Shown: positions 48,258-63,948, counted from the stretch's first letter. The stretch is 64,000 bases of DNA from Nitrospirota bacterium (GCA_963740085.1 CAVUCU010000004.1:320001-384000); one strand, 5' to 3'. Notes: generated by a model from the letters alone, not told the origin. Numbers and translations are program-made.

Positions 48258-48800
48258 ATGAATTTAAAAGAAAAAGCACTTATCCTCGACAAGGCCGGCA
48301 TCGACCGGGCGCTCATACGGGTGGCCCATGAGATACTGGAAAAGAACAAAGGGGCCGGCGACCTTGTACTCGTCGGAATCCAGCGCGGCGGCGTGCATAT
48401 CGCCCGGCGACTGGCTGCACGGATTCACGAGATCGAGAAGGTCGAGGTCCCGGTGGGAAGTCTGGACATCACCATGTACCGCGATGACCTGTCGACGCGC
48501 AAATCCCAGCCCGTGCTCCAGGCCACTGACATTACTTTCGATATCAAGGAAAAGATCATGGTCCTTGTGGATGATGTGCTCTTTACGGGCAGGACCATCA
48601 GGGCGGCGCTCAACAGCATCATGGACTACGGCAGGCCGAGAAGCATCCAGCTCGCGGTCCTTGTGGATAGAGGGCACCGGGAACTTCCGATACGCGCCGA
48701 CTATGTGGGCAAGAACCTCCCGACCTCGGCAAAAGAAAAAGTTGAAGTGATGCTGGCAGAGGACGGGGTGGAAGAGAAGATAGTGATCATCGGTGAATAA
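48258..48800 (+). CDS. pyrR: Bifunctional pyr regulator / uracil phosphoribosyltransferase
   Basis: [36 protein letters not shown]. Confidence 0.96.
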   Translation: MNLKEKALILDKAGIDRALIRVAHEILEKNKGAGDLVLVGIQRGGVHIARRLAARIHEIEKVEVPVGSLDITMYRDDLSTRKSQPVLQATDITFDIKEKIMVLVDDVLFTGRTIRAALNSIMDYGRPRSIQLAVLVDRGHRELPIRADYVGKNLPTSAKEKVEVMLAEDGVEEKIVIIGE

Positions 48801-48913
48801 GATAAATTCTGGACCCGGATGGTGAAATTCTCAATAAGTTCGAAATTCGAATTCTAAAAATTGGTTTTTGTCCAGGATTTCGCGCTTAGAATTCAGGAAT
48901 TGAGGATAAAGTG

Positions 48914-49843
48914 ATGGCTCTGGCCTCCAAAGACCTGCTTGGCATAAAAGGCATGACCGCGGATGAGATCAAGCTTATTCTTGACACGGCGGCGACCTTC
49001 AAAGACGTGTCCGAGAGGGACATCAAGAAGGTGCCCGCCCTCCGCGGCAAGACGGTGATCAACCTGTTCTACGAGGCGAGCACGAGGACGCGGACGTCTT
49101 TCGAGTTGGCAGCCAAGCGGATGTCCGCTGATGTGATCAATATCTCGATCTCGAGCAGCAGCGTGGTCAAAGGCGAGACGCTCCTCGATACGGCCCGGAA
49201 CATCGAAGCCATGAAGTGCGACATGATCATCGTCCGGCACTTCTGCTCAGGCGCTCCGGAGTATCTCTCCAAAAGGCTCAAAAGTTCGGTCATCAATGCG
49301 GGCGATGGCTTTCATGAGCACCCCACGCAGGCATTGCTCGACATGTTCACGACCCGGGAAAAACTCGGAAAGCTCGAAGGTCTCACCGTGGCCATCGTTG
49401 GGGACATCACCCATAGCCGCGTCGCCCGGTCGAATATTTACGGGTTTACCACCATGGGCGCGAGCGTCAGGGTCTGCGGTCCCCCGACCATGATACCGCC
49501 CGGCATTGAAGACCTCGGCGCGCGTGTCTATTACGACATGGACGAAGCAATCGAGGGCGCGGATGTGGTCATGATGCTCCGGCTTCAACTTGAGCGCCAG
49601 ACAGCGGGACTCTTCCCGGGCGTGCGTGAGTACACGGGATTCTATGGTTTGAACCAGTCTCGTGTTGCCCGGGCGGCGAAACAGGTGCTCGTCATGCACC
49701 CGGGACCTGTCAACCGGGGAGTCGAGATATCTTCCGAGGTGGCAGACGGCAAGTCGGTGATCCTCGACCAGGTGACGAACGGCGTGGCGGTGCGGATGGC
49801 GGTCATGTTCCTCCTGTCCGGCGGCGTAAAGACGGAGGCGTAA
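48914..49843 (+). CDS. pyrB: Aspartate carbamoyltransferase catalytic subunit
   Basis: [21 protein letters not shown]. Confidence 0.96.
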   Translation: MALASKDLLGIKGMTADEIKLILDTAATFKDVSERDIKKVPALRGKTVINLFYEASTRTRTSFELAAKRMSADVINISISSSSVVKGETLLDTARNIEAMKCDMIIVRHFCSGAPEYLSKRLKSSVINAGDGFHEHPTQALLDMFTTREKLGKLEGLTVAIVGDITHSRVARSNIYGFTTMGASVRVCGPPTMIPPGIEDLGARVYYDMDEAIEGADVVMMLRLQLERQTAGLFPGVREYTGFYGLNQSRVARAAKQVLVMHPGPVNRGVEISSEVADGKSVILDQVTNGVAVRMAVMFLLSGGVKTEA

Positions 49844-49852
49844 AAGGGCGTC

Positions 49853-49960
49853 TCTCGCAGAGCACGTAGAGGCGCAGAGTTTAGTTAAAATATTTAAGTA
49901 AGGGCTTTAAACCAGATGATATATCTAGTTTTTCTCTGCGAGCACTGCGCCTCTGCGAGA
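49853..49960. repeat. Inverted repeats of CGCAGAG units around an AT-rich spacer
   Basis: tctcgcagagcacgtagaggcgcagag / ctctgcgagcactgcgcctctgcgaga. Confidence 0.75.
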
Positions 49961-50016
49961 AAATTGCCTGCTGTTTTGAAAGAGTTACTGAGAATATTTT
50001 AAATCAGGTGTCCCAT

Positions 50017-51279
50017 ATGAATATCTTGATAAAAAACGGCCATGTGATCGATCCTGCGAACAAGGTTGACGGGAAGCTCGATATCCTTGTGTCAGACGGC
50101 AAGATCGCGAAGCTCGGCAAGCCGGGCTCTTTGTCAGCCGATGGCTCGCAGGTGAACGATGCTGCGGGCAAACTCGTCGTCCCCGGTCTCATCGACATGC
50201 ATGTGCACCTGCGGGAGCCGGGATTCGAGTATAAGGAAACGATTGCAACGGGAACGGCCGCGGCAAAGTCCGGCGGATTTACCTCGGTTTGCTGCATGCC
50301 GAACACGAACCCGGTGAATGACAGCCGCCCGGTCACTGAATTCATTCTGTCTCAGGCCCGGGATGCCCCGGCCCGGGTTTATCCCATCGGCGCGATCACC
50401 AAGGGTTCGAAGGGCGAGGAACTGGCCGAGATGGGCGAACTGCACCGGTCGGGTTGCGTTGCGGTATCGGACGACGGCAAGCCGTTGATGAACGCGGCAA
50501 TGATGCGCCGCGCCATGGAATATTCGAAGATCTTCGATATGCTTATCATATCCCACTGCGAGGACAGTACCTTGTCAGCCAAAGGGGTGATGAACGAAGG
50601 CAGGATCTCGACCGAACTCGGACTCCGCGGTATTCCCCGCGCGGCCGAGGACGTGATGACCGCTCGGGACATCTCTCTCGCCGGGTTGACGGGGTGCAGG
50701 TTGCACATAGCCCATGTGAGCACTGCCGGCGCGGTGGATCTGGTCCGGGACGCGAAGAAGCGGGGCGTAAAGGTCACGGCGGAGACGTGTCCTCATTACT
50801 TTTCTTTGATTGACGAAGCGGTGCGGGGTTACAATACCATGGCTAAAATGAATCCACCGCTTCGCACCGCGGAAGATGTGGCCGCTCTCAAGGAAGGCCT
50901 TAAGGACGGGACCATCGAGGTGATCGCCACGGACCATGCGCCGCATTCCATGGATGAGAAGTCAGGCGAGTTCGACTATGTACCGTTCGGGATCGTGGGG
51001 CTCGAGACCGCTCTCGGGTTGACGCTCAAACTGGTGGATGAGGGCGTATTGACGCTCTCGGAAGCACTGCGCAAGCTTACTCTCAATCCGGCGGCAGTGC
51101 TGAAAATAAACAAGGGAACGCTTTCGCCGGGTGCCGATGCGGACATTACGATCATCGATCAGAATATTACCTGGACCGTTGATTCTTCCCAGTTCAGATC
51201 AAAGTCAAGGAACACGCCGTTCAATGGATGGCAGCTCAAGGGCAGGGCAGTGCAGACGATCGTGGGAGGAAGGCTTTAA
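50017..51279 (+). CDS. pyrC: Dihydroorotase
   Basis: [28 protein letters not shown]. Confidence 0.95.
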   Translation: MNILIKNGHVIDPANKVDGKLDILVSDGKIAKLGKPGSLSADGSQVNDAAGKLVVPGLIDMHVHLREPGFEYKETIATGTAAAKSGGFTSVCCMPNTNPVNDSRPVTEFILSQARDAPARVYPIGAITKGSKGEELAEMGELHRSGCVAVSDDGKPLMNAAMMRRAMEYSKIFDMLIISHCEDSTLSAKGVMNEGRISTELGLRGIPRAAEDVMTARDISLAGLTGCRLHIAHVSTAGAVDLVRDAKKRGVKVTAETCPHYFSLIDEAVRGYNTMAKMNPPLRTAEDVAALKEGLKDGTIEVIATDHAPHSMDEKSGEFDYVPFGIVGLETALGLTLKLVDEGVLTLSEALRKLTLNPAAVLKINKGTLSPGADADITIIDQNITWTVDSSQFRSKSRNTPFNGWQLKGRAVQTIVGGRL

Positions 51280-52164
51280 TTGCGAACACCTTCCTGCAGA
51301 TTTCGAAATATAAGGCTTTCTGCGATAATTCTTTCGATCTTGATGCTGGCCGGAAATGCCGCTGCCGCCCAGGACCAGCAGATAGCCCAAAAGTTGGCCG
51401 CCCTTGAAAGGATTCAGGGCAGGTTCACGTTCATCGTCCTGGGTGACAACCGCTCCGGTGATGACATCTACAGGAAGATCGTTGCACTGGCAGTGGAACA
51501 GAAGCCTGATTTCGTGGTTAATACCGGGGACGTGATCGCAACACCTGGCAATAAGGGAGAATGGACCAGGTTCTGGGCAATGTCGAAGCCCATTACCGTT
51601 CCTTACTTTCTGGCCGTGGGTAATCACGATGCGAATCCCCTGTTGTGGTACAGCGAAAATACATTTAAAGAACAGGTTGACCTTCCGGGGAATGAGCTCT
51701 ATTACTCGTTCAATGCGGGAAATTCACTTTTTGTGGTGCTCGACTCATATCAGGACGACCATGAAAGGCGGATCAACGGCGAACAACTTACCTGGCTTGA
51801 GAGTATATTGCTGAATTCAGATAAGGTGCACAAATTCGTGTTCCTCCACCATCCGCTCTACACCGATCCGGGGAAGGGAAATCACGCCGGCGACTGCCTC
51901 GATGAATATCCGAAGGACAGGGACAGGCTGGAGGCGCTTTTCGTAAAGGCAAAAGTAGACGCCGTGTTCGCAGGACACGAACATATTTATCAGCGGAAAA
52001 CGATTGATGGTATCACCCATGTTATCACCGGAGGCGCCGGGGCTCCTCTCGCTTCCCAGGATGAAGAGGTTGGCTTTCATCACTTCGTGAAGGTCACCGT
52101 GGACGGGGGCAGGGTGATTGGAGAAGTGATTGATGTAAACGGAAGAATTCGAGATAAATTTTGA
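51280..52164 (+). CDS. Exported calcineurin-like metallophosphoesterase
   Basis: Signal peptide; GD, TGD, GNHD, HHP, GHEH. Confidence 0.85.
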   Translation: MRTPSCRFRNIRLSAIILSILMLAGNAAAAQDQQIAQKLAALERIQGRFTFIVLGDNRSGDDIYRKIVALAVEQKPDFVVNTGDVIATPGNKGEWTRFWAMSKPITVPYFLAVGNHDANPLLWYSENTFKEQVDLPGNELYYSFNAGNSLFVVLDSYQDDHERRINGEQLTWLESILLNSDKVHKFVFLHHPLYTDPGKGNHAGDCLDEYPKDRDRLEALFVKAKVDAVFAGHEHIYQRKTIDGITHVITGGAGAPLASQDEEVGFHHFVKVTVDGGRVIGEVIDVNGRIRDKF

Positions 52165-52311
52165 TTGCGGAGATAAAATTCTACAATCTAATATCTTGAT
52201 CCTGAATAATTTTAAATATCGAATGTCTAAAATGTCCGGATTTCTGTTATTTGATATTGTTTAGAGCTCAGTAATTCTGGTTTAGAATTTATCTCCCAAG
52301 GATAGTGAAGA

Positions 52312-53439
52312 ATGATAAAAGCGATCCTAGCACTGGCTGACGGCACGGTGTTCGAAGGACACTCCTTTGGCGCGGAAGGTGAGGCTTTCGGAGAGGTCGT
52401 GTTCAACACGAGCATGACCGGGTACCAGGAAATTTTGACCGATCCGTCGTACAAAGGCCAGATCGTTACCATGACCTACACGCAGATCGGCAACTACGGT
52501 GTGAACGACGAGGACGTGGAATCTGCACGGCCGTACGCCGAAGGCTTCATCGTGAAGGAGTATCTCGACTTCCCGAGCAACTGGCGGTCAAAGAAGTCCC
52601 TCCACGAGTATCTCAAGCAGAATGGCATCGTCGGCATCCAGGGCATCGATACGCGCGCGCTGACCCGCCACCTCCGCGATTTCGGCGCTCAACCGGGGAT
52701 CATCACGACGAAGGTCATGAAGCCCGAGAGGATAGTTGCCGGGGCACGGGCGCTCCCGAACATGAGCGGCCTTGATCTGGTGAAAGAGGTCACGTGTTCG
52801 ACAGCGTATACGTGGGATGAAGGTGACTGGGACCTCAAGACAGGTTATGGCGGGAAGGCATCTTCACGCTATCTCGTCGTGGCCTATGATTACGGCATTA
52901 AGAGAAATATCCTTCGGCTTCTCACGAGCGCGGGATGTGATGTGACCGTGGTTCCCGCGACCATGCCTGCGGAGGAAGTGCTTGCCATGAACCCCGATGG
53001 CGTCTTTCTGTCGAATGGGCCCGGGGATCCGGAGCCGGTCACCTATGCGATCGAAAACATAAAAAAGCTGCTCGGCAAAAAACCGGTCTTCGGCATTTGC
53101 CTGGGTCAGCAGCTTTTCGGCCTTGCCCTCGGCGGCAGGACATACAAGCTCAAGTTCGGTCATCATGGCGGCAACCAGCCGATCATGGACCTTGCCACCC
53201 GCAAGGTCGAGATAGCGGCGGAAAATCATGGTTTCGCGGTGGACATGGAAACGGTGAAGGACCAGGTTGTCATGACGCATGTGAATCTGAATGACAATAC
53301 CTGCGAGGGGTTTCATCACAAGACCCTGCCCGCGTTCTCGGTTCAGTACCATCCGGAGGCGTCGCCGGGCCCGCACGACAGCAGGTATCTGTTCAAACGG
53401 TTTATTGATATGATGGAGAAACATAAAGGAAAGGCTTAA
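52312..53439 (+). CDS. carA: Carbamoyl-phosphate synthase small subunit
   Basis: [24 protein letters not shown]. Confidence 0.96.
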   Translation: MIKAILALADGTVFEGHSFGAEGEAFGEVVFNTSMTGYQEILTDPSYKGQIVTMTYTQIGNYGVNDEDVESARPYAEGFIVKEYLDFPSNWRSKKSLHEYLKQNGIVGIQGIDTRALTRHLRDFGAQPGIITTKVMKPERIVAGARALPNMSGLDLVKEVTCSTAYTWDEGDWDLKTGYGGKASSRYLVVAYDYGIKRNILRLLTSAGCDVTVVPATMPAEEVLAMNPDGVFLSNGPGDPEPVTYAIENIKKLLGKKPVFGICLGQQLFGLALGGRTYKLKFGHHGGNQPIMDLATRKVEIAAENHGFAVDMETVKDQVVMTHVNLNDNTCEGFHHKTLPAFSVQYHPEASPGPHDSRYLFKRFIDMMEKHKGKA

Positions 53440-53536
53440 CACCAAAGATGCCACGAAGACACGAAGGCGCGAAGTTGTCAAGAAGTCTCTTAGAGTCTGC
53501 GTGCCTTAGCGGCTGGACAGGTTCACTGCGGTTTCA

Positions 53537-54433
53537 ATGATTTCAGAAACAGAATTGCAAAAACGTATCGACGCGGCGTTCGACCTCCTCGAATCCTGCC
53601 GCGCCTGCCCCCGCGAATGCGGGGTGAACCGCCTGAAGGATGAAAAAGTCGGATTTTGCCGGTCGGGACTGAATCCGATCATCTCAAGCGTGAGCCCGCA
53701 TCACGGCGAGGAGCCGCCGCTCTCGGGCGCAAGGGGCTCGGGAACGATCTTTTTCGCCAACTGCAACCTGAAGTGCGTGTACTGTCAGAACTATCCGATC
53801 AGCCAGATGGGGAACGGCACAGAGCGGACGATCGGAGAGCTTGCCTGCCAGATGCTCTCTCTGCAGGAGCAAGGTTGTCACAACCTGAACCTGGTGACGC
53901 CGACGCATTTCATGCCGCAGATCCTGAAGGCGCTCGGGATTGCAAGGGAACGCGGCTTCAGACTGCCGATCGTCTATAATACGAGCGGATACGAATCCCT
54001 TGAAGCGCTCCGGTTGCTCGACGGCATTGTCGATATCTATCTTCCGGACATGCGGTACGCCGGCGATGCCGTTGCACTGAAGTATTCCAGCGCCCCGCGC
54101 TATCCGGAGATCAACCGGGCGGCGATCAGGGAAATGTTCAGGCAGGCCGGCAACCTTGTGATCGATGAGAACGGCGTTGCACAGCGGGGCCTGATCGTCC
54201 GTCATCTTGTCCTGCCGGGCGGAACCTCCGGGACCGAGGGCGTCATGAAGTTCCTTGCCGGGGAAGTATCAAAGGACGTTTGCCTCAGTCTCATGTCGCA
54301 ATACTTCCCCGCATACCGCGCCCGGGAGTTCAAGGAGATCGATCGCAGGATCACGCCCGGGGAGTATGAGGCCGCCTGGAAGATCATGCTGAAATACGGT
54401 TTGGAGAACGGTTGGATTCAAAACCTGGAGTAA
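53537..54433 (+). CDS. Radical SAM protein (PflX-like)
   Basis: CRACPREC, HHGEEP, CNLKCVYCQN, RHLVLPG. Confidence 0.88.
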   Translation: MISETELQKRIDAAFDLLESCRACPRECGVNRLKDEKVGFCRSGLNPIISSVSPHHGEEPPLSGARGSGTIFFANCNLKCVYCQNYPISQMGNGTERTIGELACQMLSLQEQGCHNLNLVTPTHFMPQILKALGIARERGFRLPIVYNTSGYESLEALRLLDGIVDIYLPDMRYAGDAVALKYSSAPRYPEINRAAIREMFRQAGNLVIDENGVAQRGLIVRHLVLPGGTSGTEGVMKFLAGEVSKDVCLSLMSQYFPAYRAREFKEIDRRITPGEYEAAWKIMLKYGLENGWIQNLE

Positions 54434-54434
54434 C

Positions 54435-54525
54435 AATGCAAAAGTCAAAATGCAAACTGTAAAATGCAAAAGTATTTGAAGTTAAAAATTTTAAATTTGC
54501 ATTTTGCAATTTGCATTATGCAATA
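54435..54525. repeat. Inverted heptamer arrays (AATGCAA / TTGCATT)
   Basis: aatgcaa aagtcaa aatgcaa actgtaa aatgcaa ... tttgcattttgcaatttgcatt. Confidence 0.72.
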
Positions 54526-54545
54526 AATTGATTTGAGAGGTTTTA

Positions 54546-57835
<3,290 letters not shown>

Positions 57836-57839
<4 letters not shown>

Positions 57840-58318
57840 CGCAAAAGATCCCCATGACCAAAGAGGGCTACGAAAAGCTCAAGCAGGAGCTCGATCATAT
57901 TATCAAGGTAGAGCGCCCCAAGAACATCAGGGACATCGAAGAAGCGCGATCGCACGGGGACATTTCGGAGAACGCCGAGTTCCACGCTGCCAAGGACCGG
58001 CAGGGCATGCTTGACGCGAAGAAGCGCGAACTGGAGCATAAGCTCGTGCATTCCCAGATCATCGATGTCTCGAAGCTTTCGAACGAGAAGGTGGTGTTCG
58101 GCGCGACGGTCACGCTCGCGGACACCGATTCCGGCGACACCAAAAAATACATGCTGGTGGGGCAGGAAGAGGCCGATTTTAAAAAAGGAAAGATATCGAT
58201 CCAGTCCCCTGTCGGCAAGGCGCTGATCGGGCATAAAGTGGGCGATGTGGTGACGATCAAGACCCCGGTCAAGACCGTTGAGTACGAGATACAGGAGATC
58301 GAGATCACCCTTGACTAA
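57836..58318 (+). CDS. greA: Transcription elongation factor GreA
   Basis: [22 protein letters not shown]. Confidence 0.95.
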
Positions 58319-59159
58319 GCTGCACAAGGCATTGATACGCTCGCACGCATCGGTCGGCAGGGGATATTACCGCATCGTGCTCAAGGCGCCGGAGGCAGCA
58401 GCGGCGGCTGTCCCCGGCCAATTTGTGATGCTCAGAGTAACAGAGAACCTGGACCCACTTCTTGCCCGTCCCTTCGGCATATCTTCCGTACTTTCAAAAA
58501 CGTCCATCGAGATACTGTACCGCGTCGCAGGCCGGGGGACAGCACTCCTTACCCGCGCCGAGGCCGGGCAGACGCTCTCACTGCTCGGGCCGTTGGGAAA
58601 AGGGTTCCCGATCCCGGACAGGTCCCTTACGCCCATTTTGATCACCGGAGGGAGCGGCTTTCCTCCACTGCATTATTTGTCCCTTCGCACTAACGGCCGG
58701 GCGCAGGTGTTTATCGGAGCACGGAACAAAGAGTGCCTGCCGCCGGTCTGCGTTCTGAAAAGCCTGCGGGAACATACACACAAGGTGACCATTGCGACCG
58801 AGGATGGGAGCGCGGGGCGACAGGGGATGTCCACGGACATCCTGAATGCGTTCCTGACGAAGGAGGAGCGGAAGACCCATTTTGTGCTCTATGCCTGCGG
58901 CCCTCATGCAATGCTGGCCGCAGTGAGCAGGATCGCCGCGGAACACTCGGTCACCTGTTATGTCTCGACGGAGGAGCGCATGGCCTGCGGATTCGGCGCG
59001 TGCATGGGCTGCTCGGTCCCGATGAAGGCGGGCGGTTACAAACGCGCCTGCAAAGAGGGGCCGGTGTTCGACTCGCGGGAGGTTGATTGGGGAGAGCAGG
59101 TCAGACTGATCAGTCCGATTAGGCCGATTAGGCCGATCAGTCGGATGAATGGTGAATAG
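58311..59159 (+). CDS. pyrK: Dihydroorotate dehydrogenase electron transfer subunit
   Basis: [31 protein letters not shown]. Confidence 0.92.
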   Translation: MTKLHKALIRSHASVGRGYYRIVLKAPEAAAAAVPGQFVMLRVTENLDPLLARPFGISSVLSKTSIEILYRVAGRGTALLTRAEAGQTLSLLGPLGKGFPIPDRSLTPILITGGSGFPPLHYLSLRTNGRAQVFIGARNKECLPPVCVLKSLREHTHKVTIATEDGSAGRQGMSTDILNAFLTKEERKTHFVLYACGPHAMLAAVSRIAAEHSVTCYVSTEERMACGFGACMGCSVPMKAGGYKRACKEGPVFDSREVDWGEQVRLISPIRPIRPISRMNGE

Positions 59160-60093
59160 TATGCCAGTCAAAAGCAAAACAAAGCTGGATCTCAGCGTCA
59201 ATTTTGCCGGGATCGAGCTCAAGAACCCGGTGCTCACCGCTTCGGGCACCTTCGGATACGGCGAGGAGTATGCGGAGTTCGTTGACCTGAACAGGCTCGG
59301 CGGCGTGATCGTCAAGGGCGTCTCGCTCAAGCCGATCAGCGGCAACCCATTGCCACGGATCTGGGAGACGCCATCGGGTATGTTGAACGCCATCGGGCTC
59401 GAGAACCCCGGCGTTGACGTGTTCATCGACCGGAAACTCCCGTATCTCAGGCAGTTCGACACCGCGGTGATCGTGAACATCTTCGGCTACAGTCTTGAAG
59501 AGTATGTCGGTGTCACGGAGCGGCTTGACGACGTTCCCGGCGTGTCCGGTCTGGAAGTGAACATCTCATGCCCGAACGTGAAGGCGGGCGGCATCATGTT
59601 CGGCACGAACGCCAAGGCGGCCTTCGAACTTCTTTCGGCGGTCCGGAGGGCCACGAGACTGCCGGTCATCGCAAAGCTTTCACCGAACGTGACCGATATA
59701 ACCGAATTCGCCCGGGTTGCCCGCGACGCGGGATGCGACGGTCTGTCGCTCATCAACACGCTTCTCGGCATGGCCATCGATGTGCGCTGCCGGAAGCCGC
59801 GTCTGGCGAACTGCACCGGCGGCCTGTCCGGTCCGGCCATCCGGCCGGTGGCCGTGCGCATGGTATGGCAAACGGCGAACGCGGTGCCGCTCCCGATCAT
59901 CGGCATGGGCGGCATCGTTACGGGAGAGGACGCGCTCGAATTCATCCTCGCCGGCGCCTCGGCGGTGGCCGTGGGAACGGCGAATTTCATCGATCCCCGG
60001 GCGACGGTCAACGTGATCGAAGGGATCGAGACGTTCATGCGCGAGCAGGGGATACATGATATCAAGGACCTTATCGGCGCGGCGAAAGTCTGA
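59149..60093 (+). CDS. pyrD: Dihydroorotate dehydrogenase (family 1B) catalytic subunit
   Basis: [29 protein letters not shown]. Confidence 0.95.
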   Translation: MVNSMPVKSKTKLDLSVNFAGIELKNPVLTASGTFGYGEEYAEFVDLNRLGGVIVKGVSLKPISGNPLPRIWETPSGMLNAIGLENPGVDVFIDRKLPYLRQFDTAVIVNIFGYSLEEYVGVTERLDDVPGVSGLEVNISCPNVKAGGIMFGTNAKAAFELLSAVRRATRLPVIAKLSPNVTDITEFARVARDAGCDGLSLINTLLGMAIDVRCRKPRLANCTGGLSGPAIRPVAVRMVWQTANAVPLPIIGMGGIVTGEDALEFILAGASAVAVGTANFIDPRATVNVIEGIETFMREQGIHDIKDLIGAAKV

Positions 60094-60183
60094 CCTGGAA
60101 AGACCGTTTAGAAACGGAAACGTCGGATTTGAAATATGATAAAAGCGGTGAGTTTTGATAAACTTGCAACAAATCGTTTTTTA

Positions 60184-60258
60184 ACCGCTGAGACGCTGAG
60201 GCGCAGAGAAAAGTTTTTTAATTTATTTTCAATATGCACTTCTCCGTGTCTCTGCGGT
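60184..60258. repeat. Inverted repeats of CGCTGAG/CGCAGAG units
   Basis: accgctgagacgctgaggcgcagag / ctccgtgtctctgcggt. Confidence 0.68.
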
Positions 60259-60382
60259 AGATTATGACTTTTTTAAGCGATCATTAATATTCGCTAAAAT
60301 CCGGGTTTATCCGACTCTTATCCGCATGTATCCGTGGCAAAGGTTGTTTCTGCGATCAAACATTTAATGGTGACTGTTTGCC

Positions 60383-61264
60383 ATGGAAGAAACACTTCTC
60401 GCGAACTTTCTCAATTACCTGGCTGTGGAAAAGGGGCTTGCGCGGAACACGCTGGAGTCCTATGAGCGGGACCTGCGCAAGTATCTCTTCTTTATGAGAG
60501 CCAAAGACCCCGACAATATCACCCGGCCCGATGTGGTTTCGTTCATGGCCCATCTTTCATCGGAGGGCATCTCCACCCCATCCGCCGCCCGGTGCCTTGC
60601 CGCGGTCAGAGGCTTCCACAAGTATCTCATGACCGACGAACACGCGCGCGTCGATCCTACCGAGAACATCGAGACGCCGCGGGGTTGGAAACGCCTGCCC
60701 AAGACCCTCTCCACTGACGATGTTGACGCGCTTCTCGGACAACCCGATCCCGTCACACTTCTCGGGCTTCGCGACAAGGCCATGCTTGAATTGCTCTATG
60801 CCACCGGCCTTCGCGTGAGCGAGCTGGTGGGGCTCAAGCTGCGCGATATAAATCTAGAACGGGGCTATCTGGTCGTGATGGGGAAGGGATCGAAGGAGCG
60901 CGCCGTGCCCATGGGCGAGGTCGCCATGGCCGCGATCTCCCGGTATCTCACGGGCGGGCGCGCTGCACTGTTGAAAGGCAGGGATGCCGACCATTTATTC
61001 ATCAGTTCGAGGCGCAGGGGAATGTCCCGTCAGATGTTCTGGATCCGGATCAAACACTACGCGGTAAAGGCGGGCATCAGCGGAACGATCTCTCCACATA
61101 CGCTGCGCCACTCCTTTGCGACGCATATGCTTGATAACGGCGCAGACCTGCGGGCGGTGCAGGCCATGCTCGGCCATTCCGATATTTCCACGACGCAGAT
61201 CTATACGCACGTTTCCCGGGAACGGCTCAAGAAGGTGCACGAGAAGTATCATCCGAGAGGATGA
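60383..61264 (+). CDS. xerD: Site-specific tyrosine recombinase XerD
   Basis: EKGLARNT..Y, YATGLRVSEL, GKGSKER, HTLRHSFATH, LGH..TTQIYTHV, HPR. Confidence 0.93.
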   Translation: MEETLLANFLNYLAVEKGLARNTLESYERDLRKYLFFMRAKDPDNITRPDVVSFMAHLSSEGISTPSAARCLAAVRGFHKYLMTDEHARVDPTENIETPRGWKRLPKTLSTDDVDALLGQPDPVTLLGLRDKAMLELLYATGLRVSELVGLKLRDINLERGYLVVMGKGSKERAVPMGEVAMAAISRYLTGGRAALLKGRDADHLFISSRRRGMSRQMFWIRIKHYAVKAGISGTISPHTLRHSFATHMLDNGADLRAVQAMLGHSDISTTQIYTHVSRERLKKVHEKYHPRG

Positions 61265-63948
61265 ACGAGTCTATAGAGTCTAAAGAGTTCATAGAGTCTA
61301 AAGAGTCTGACGAGTTGCCGAAATCTATGGAAATCATAACCAGTCATACGAACGCTGATTTCGACGCCCTGGCCTCCATGGTCGCGGCAAAGAAGCTCTA
61401 TCCCGGGGCCCGGCTTGTCTTTCCCGGGTCCCAGGAAAAGAGCATGCGGGATTTTTTTCTCCAGTCGGCGTTGTACGCGCTCGAGGTCGACCGTCTCAGG
61501 AACATCGATGTGGACGGCATAACCGGGCTTATCATTGTTGATAACCGGAATCCCTCGCGTCTCGGAAAGCTCGCGGACGCACTGAAGCGCCCCGGTGTGA
61601 AGGTGTCAATTTACGATCATCACCCGCCGACGGCCGGCGATATCAGGGGAGAACTCGAGGTCGTGGACGAGATCGGGGCGACGACCACCATCATGGTGGA
61701 ACTGCTGAAACAGAAGAACATCCCGATCACGCCTCTCGAAGCGACCATCTTCGCCCTCGGCATTTATGAAGAGACCGGCTCGCTCACCTTCGTGTCCACC
61801 ACGGAGAGGGACGCGCTGGCAGTCGCTTACCTCATCTCGCAGGGGGCCCAGCTCAACATCGTCGCCGATTTCATCTCCCGCGAGCTGACCGTTGAACAGG
61901 TCGCGATCCTGAACAACCTGATCGAATACGCAAAAAGCTACGACATAAACGGCGTACAGGTGGTGATCACGACGCTGGCGGTCCCGCATTATATTCCCGA
62001 CCTCGCGGTACTCGCGCATAAGATCAGGGACATGGAGGGCCTCGATGTGCTCTTTCTCGTGGTCCAGATGGCCGACAAGACGCATGTGATCGCACGCAGC
62101 AGGGTCCCCCAGGTGAATGTCGGCGTGGTGGTCGGGGAACTGGGCGGCGGCGGACACGCCACCGCGGCATCGGCGGTGGTCAGGAACATGACGCTCGTCC
62201 AGACCACGGAGCGCCTGATCGAATTCCTCAAACAGCATATCAAGCCCGGACAGGTGGCGAGAGAGGTCATGTCCACTCCGGTCAAGACCGTCCCGTCAGG
62301 CAGTACGATCGCCGAGGCGGGCGAGGCCATGACGAGGTTCGGTGTGAACGTGCTGCCGATCATGGCCGATGGCAAGTTCCTCGGCATCATCACCCGCGAG
62401 GTCGTGCAGAAGGCGCTCTTCCACAACCTGGGGAAAAAGAAGGTCAAGGAATTCATGACCACCGGCGGTCCGATCGCGTCTCCCGACATGCCCATGGGAC
62501 TGCTGGAGAAGATCATGATCGAGGAGCACCAACGCTTTCTCCCGGTCCTCGACGAGAACAGCACGCTCGTCGGAGCGATCACGCGCACCGACCTCCTGCG
62601 GTCCCTCCACGAAGAGCGTCTGGACGAGGTGACCGGGAACGAAGCGATCATGCTCCGTTCCACCAGGAATGTTCAGGGTTTGATCGAGGAGCGCGTCCCT
62701 CCTGACGTACGAGAAGCGTTCAGACTGGTCGGCGAAGTAGCCGACGAGGCGGGCTTCCCGGTGTACCTCGTGGGCGGCATCGTGCGCGACCTGTTCCTGC
62801 GGGTCGCGAACCTGGATATCGATATTGTGGTCGAGGGCGACGGCATCGTCTTCGCGGGCATGCTCGTGAAGCGCGCCGGCGGGCACATGAAGACCCATCT
62901 CAAATTCGGAACCGCCGTCGTCGTGCTGCCGAACGGGCTGAAGCTTGACATTGCCACAGCCCGGCTCGAGTACTACGAATCACCCGCGGCCCTGCCCACC
63001 GTGGAGTTGTCCTCCATCAAAAAGGACCTCTACCGGCGCGACTTTACGATCAATACGCTCGCGGTGCGGCTGAACCGGAAACGAATGGGAGAGCTGATCG
63101 ACTTCTTCGGCGGCCTGCGCGACATCAAGGCGAAGACGATCCGCGTGCTGCACAGTCTCTCGTTCGTCGAAGATCCCACACGCGTGCTGCGTGCCCTCCG
63201 TTTCGAACAGCGGTTCGATCTCAAACTCGGCAAACATACCGAGAACCTGATCAAGAGCGCCGTGAACATGAAGCTCTTCGACCGGCTGACCGGCAAGCGG
63301 ATGCATGCGGAACTCGTCCTCCTGTTCTCCGAGGCCGAACCGCTGAAGCTCCTCAAACGCATGAAGCACTTCGATCTGTTGAAGTTCCTCCATCCCGAGC
63401 TGAAGGCCACGACTGAAACGGACCGTCTCTTTACCGGGATCGGCGAGACGTTCACCTGGTTCAGGCTTTTGTACCTGGACCTCGCGGTCGAGACATGGTT
63501 TGTGTACTTTCTGGGGCTGCTCGACCGGATGAAGGACAAGGCTGTGGATGAGATGCTCGAACGCTTATCGGTCCCGCTCAGGACACGGGAACGGGTGCGG
63601 CATTCACGGAAGCGGTACCGCGAGGTGCTCGCCGCGTTTTACAAGGAACCAAAGCTCGCACCCAGCCGCATCTATGACCTTCTCGCAGCCCTTGATATTG
63701 AGTCGCTTTTGTTGATGATGGCAAAGGCAAAACAGGAAAAGGCCAAGAAGTATATTTCTCTGTATCTTACGCGCCTTCGTACGATCAAGGTTGAGCTGAG
63801 CGGAGACGATCTTAAAAAGATGGGGATCCCGCCCGGACCGCGGTATAAAAAGATCCTCGCGGAGCTTCTGGACGCAAAGCTGGACGGACTGGTGCATAAC
63901 CGCGATGAGGAGATGGAGTTCGTGAGGAAGGGGAGCGGGGGGAAGTAA
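61261..63948 (+). CDS. DHH/DHHA1-CBS-nucleotidyltransferase (class II tRNA nucleotidyltransferase, A/CCA-adding)
   Basis: H.NADFD, DHH, GGGGH, CBS pair, VGGIVRD, DIDIV, RRDFTIN, EDPTR; alternative start 61327. Confidence 0.9.
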   Translation: MNESIESKEFIESKESDELPKSMEIITSHTNADFDALASMVAAKKLYPGARLVFPGSQEKSMRDFFLQSALYALEVDRLRNIDVDGITGLIIVDNRNPSRLGKLADALKRPGVKVSIYDHHPPTAGDIRGELEVVDEIGATTTIMVELLKQKNIPITPLEATIFALGIYEETGSLTFVSTTERDALAVAYLISQGAQLNIVADFISRELTVEQVAILNNLIEYAKSYDINGVQVVITTLAVPHYIPDLAVLAHKIRDMEGLDVLFLVVQMADKTHVIARSRVPQVNVGVVVGELGGGGHATAASAVVRNMTLVQTTERLIEFLKQHIKPGQVAREVMSTPVKTVPSGSTIAEAGEAMTRFGVNVLPIMADGKFLGIITREVVQKALFHNLGKKKVKEFMTTGGPIASPDMPMGLLEKIMIEEHQRFLPVLDENSTLVGAITRTDLLRSLHEERLDEVTGNEAIMLRSTRNVQGLIEERVPPDVREAFRLVGEVADEAGFPVYLVGGIVRDLFLRVANLDIDIVVEGDGIVFAGMLVKRAGGHMKTHLKFGTAVVVLPNGLKLDIATARLEYYESPAALPTVELSSIKKDLYRRDFTINTLAVRLNRKRMGELIDFFGGLRDIKAKTIRVLHSLSFVEDPTRVLRALRFEQRFDLKLGKHTENLIKSAVNMKLFDRLTGKRMHAELVLLFSEAEPLKLLKRMKHFDLLKFLHPELKATTETDRLFTGIGETFTWFRLLYLDLAVETWFVYFLGLLDRMKDKAVDEMLERLSVPLRTRERVRHSRKRYREVLAAFYKEPKLAPSRIYDLLAALDIESLLLMMAKAKQEKAKKYISLYLTRLRTIKVELSGDDLKKMGIPPGPRYKKILAELLDAKLDGLVHNRDEEMEFVRKGSGGK

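Noticed and set aside
60383-61264. Second mobile-element integrase
   Set aside because: Canonical XerD sequence in a core-gene context
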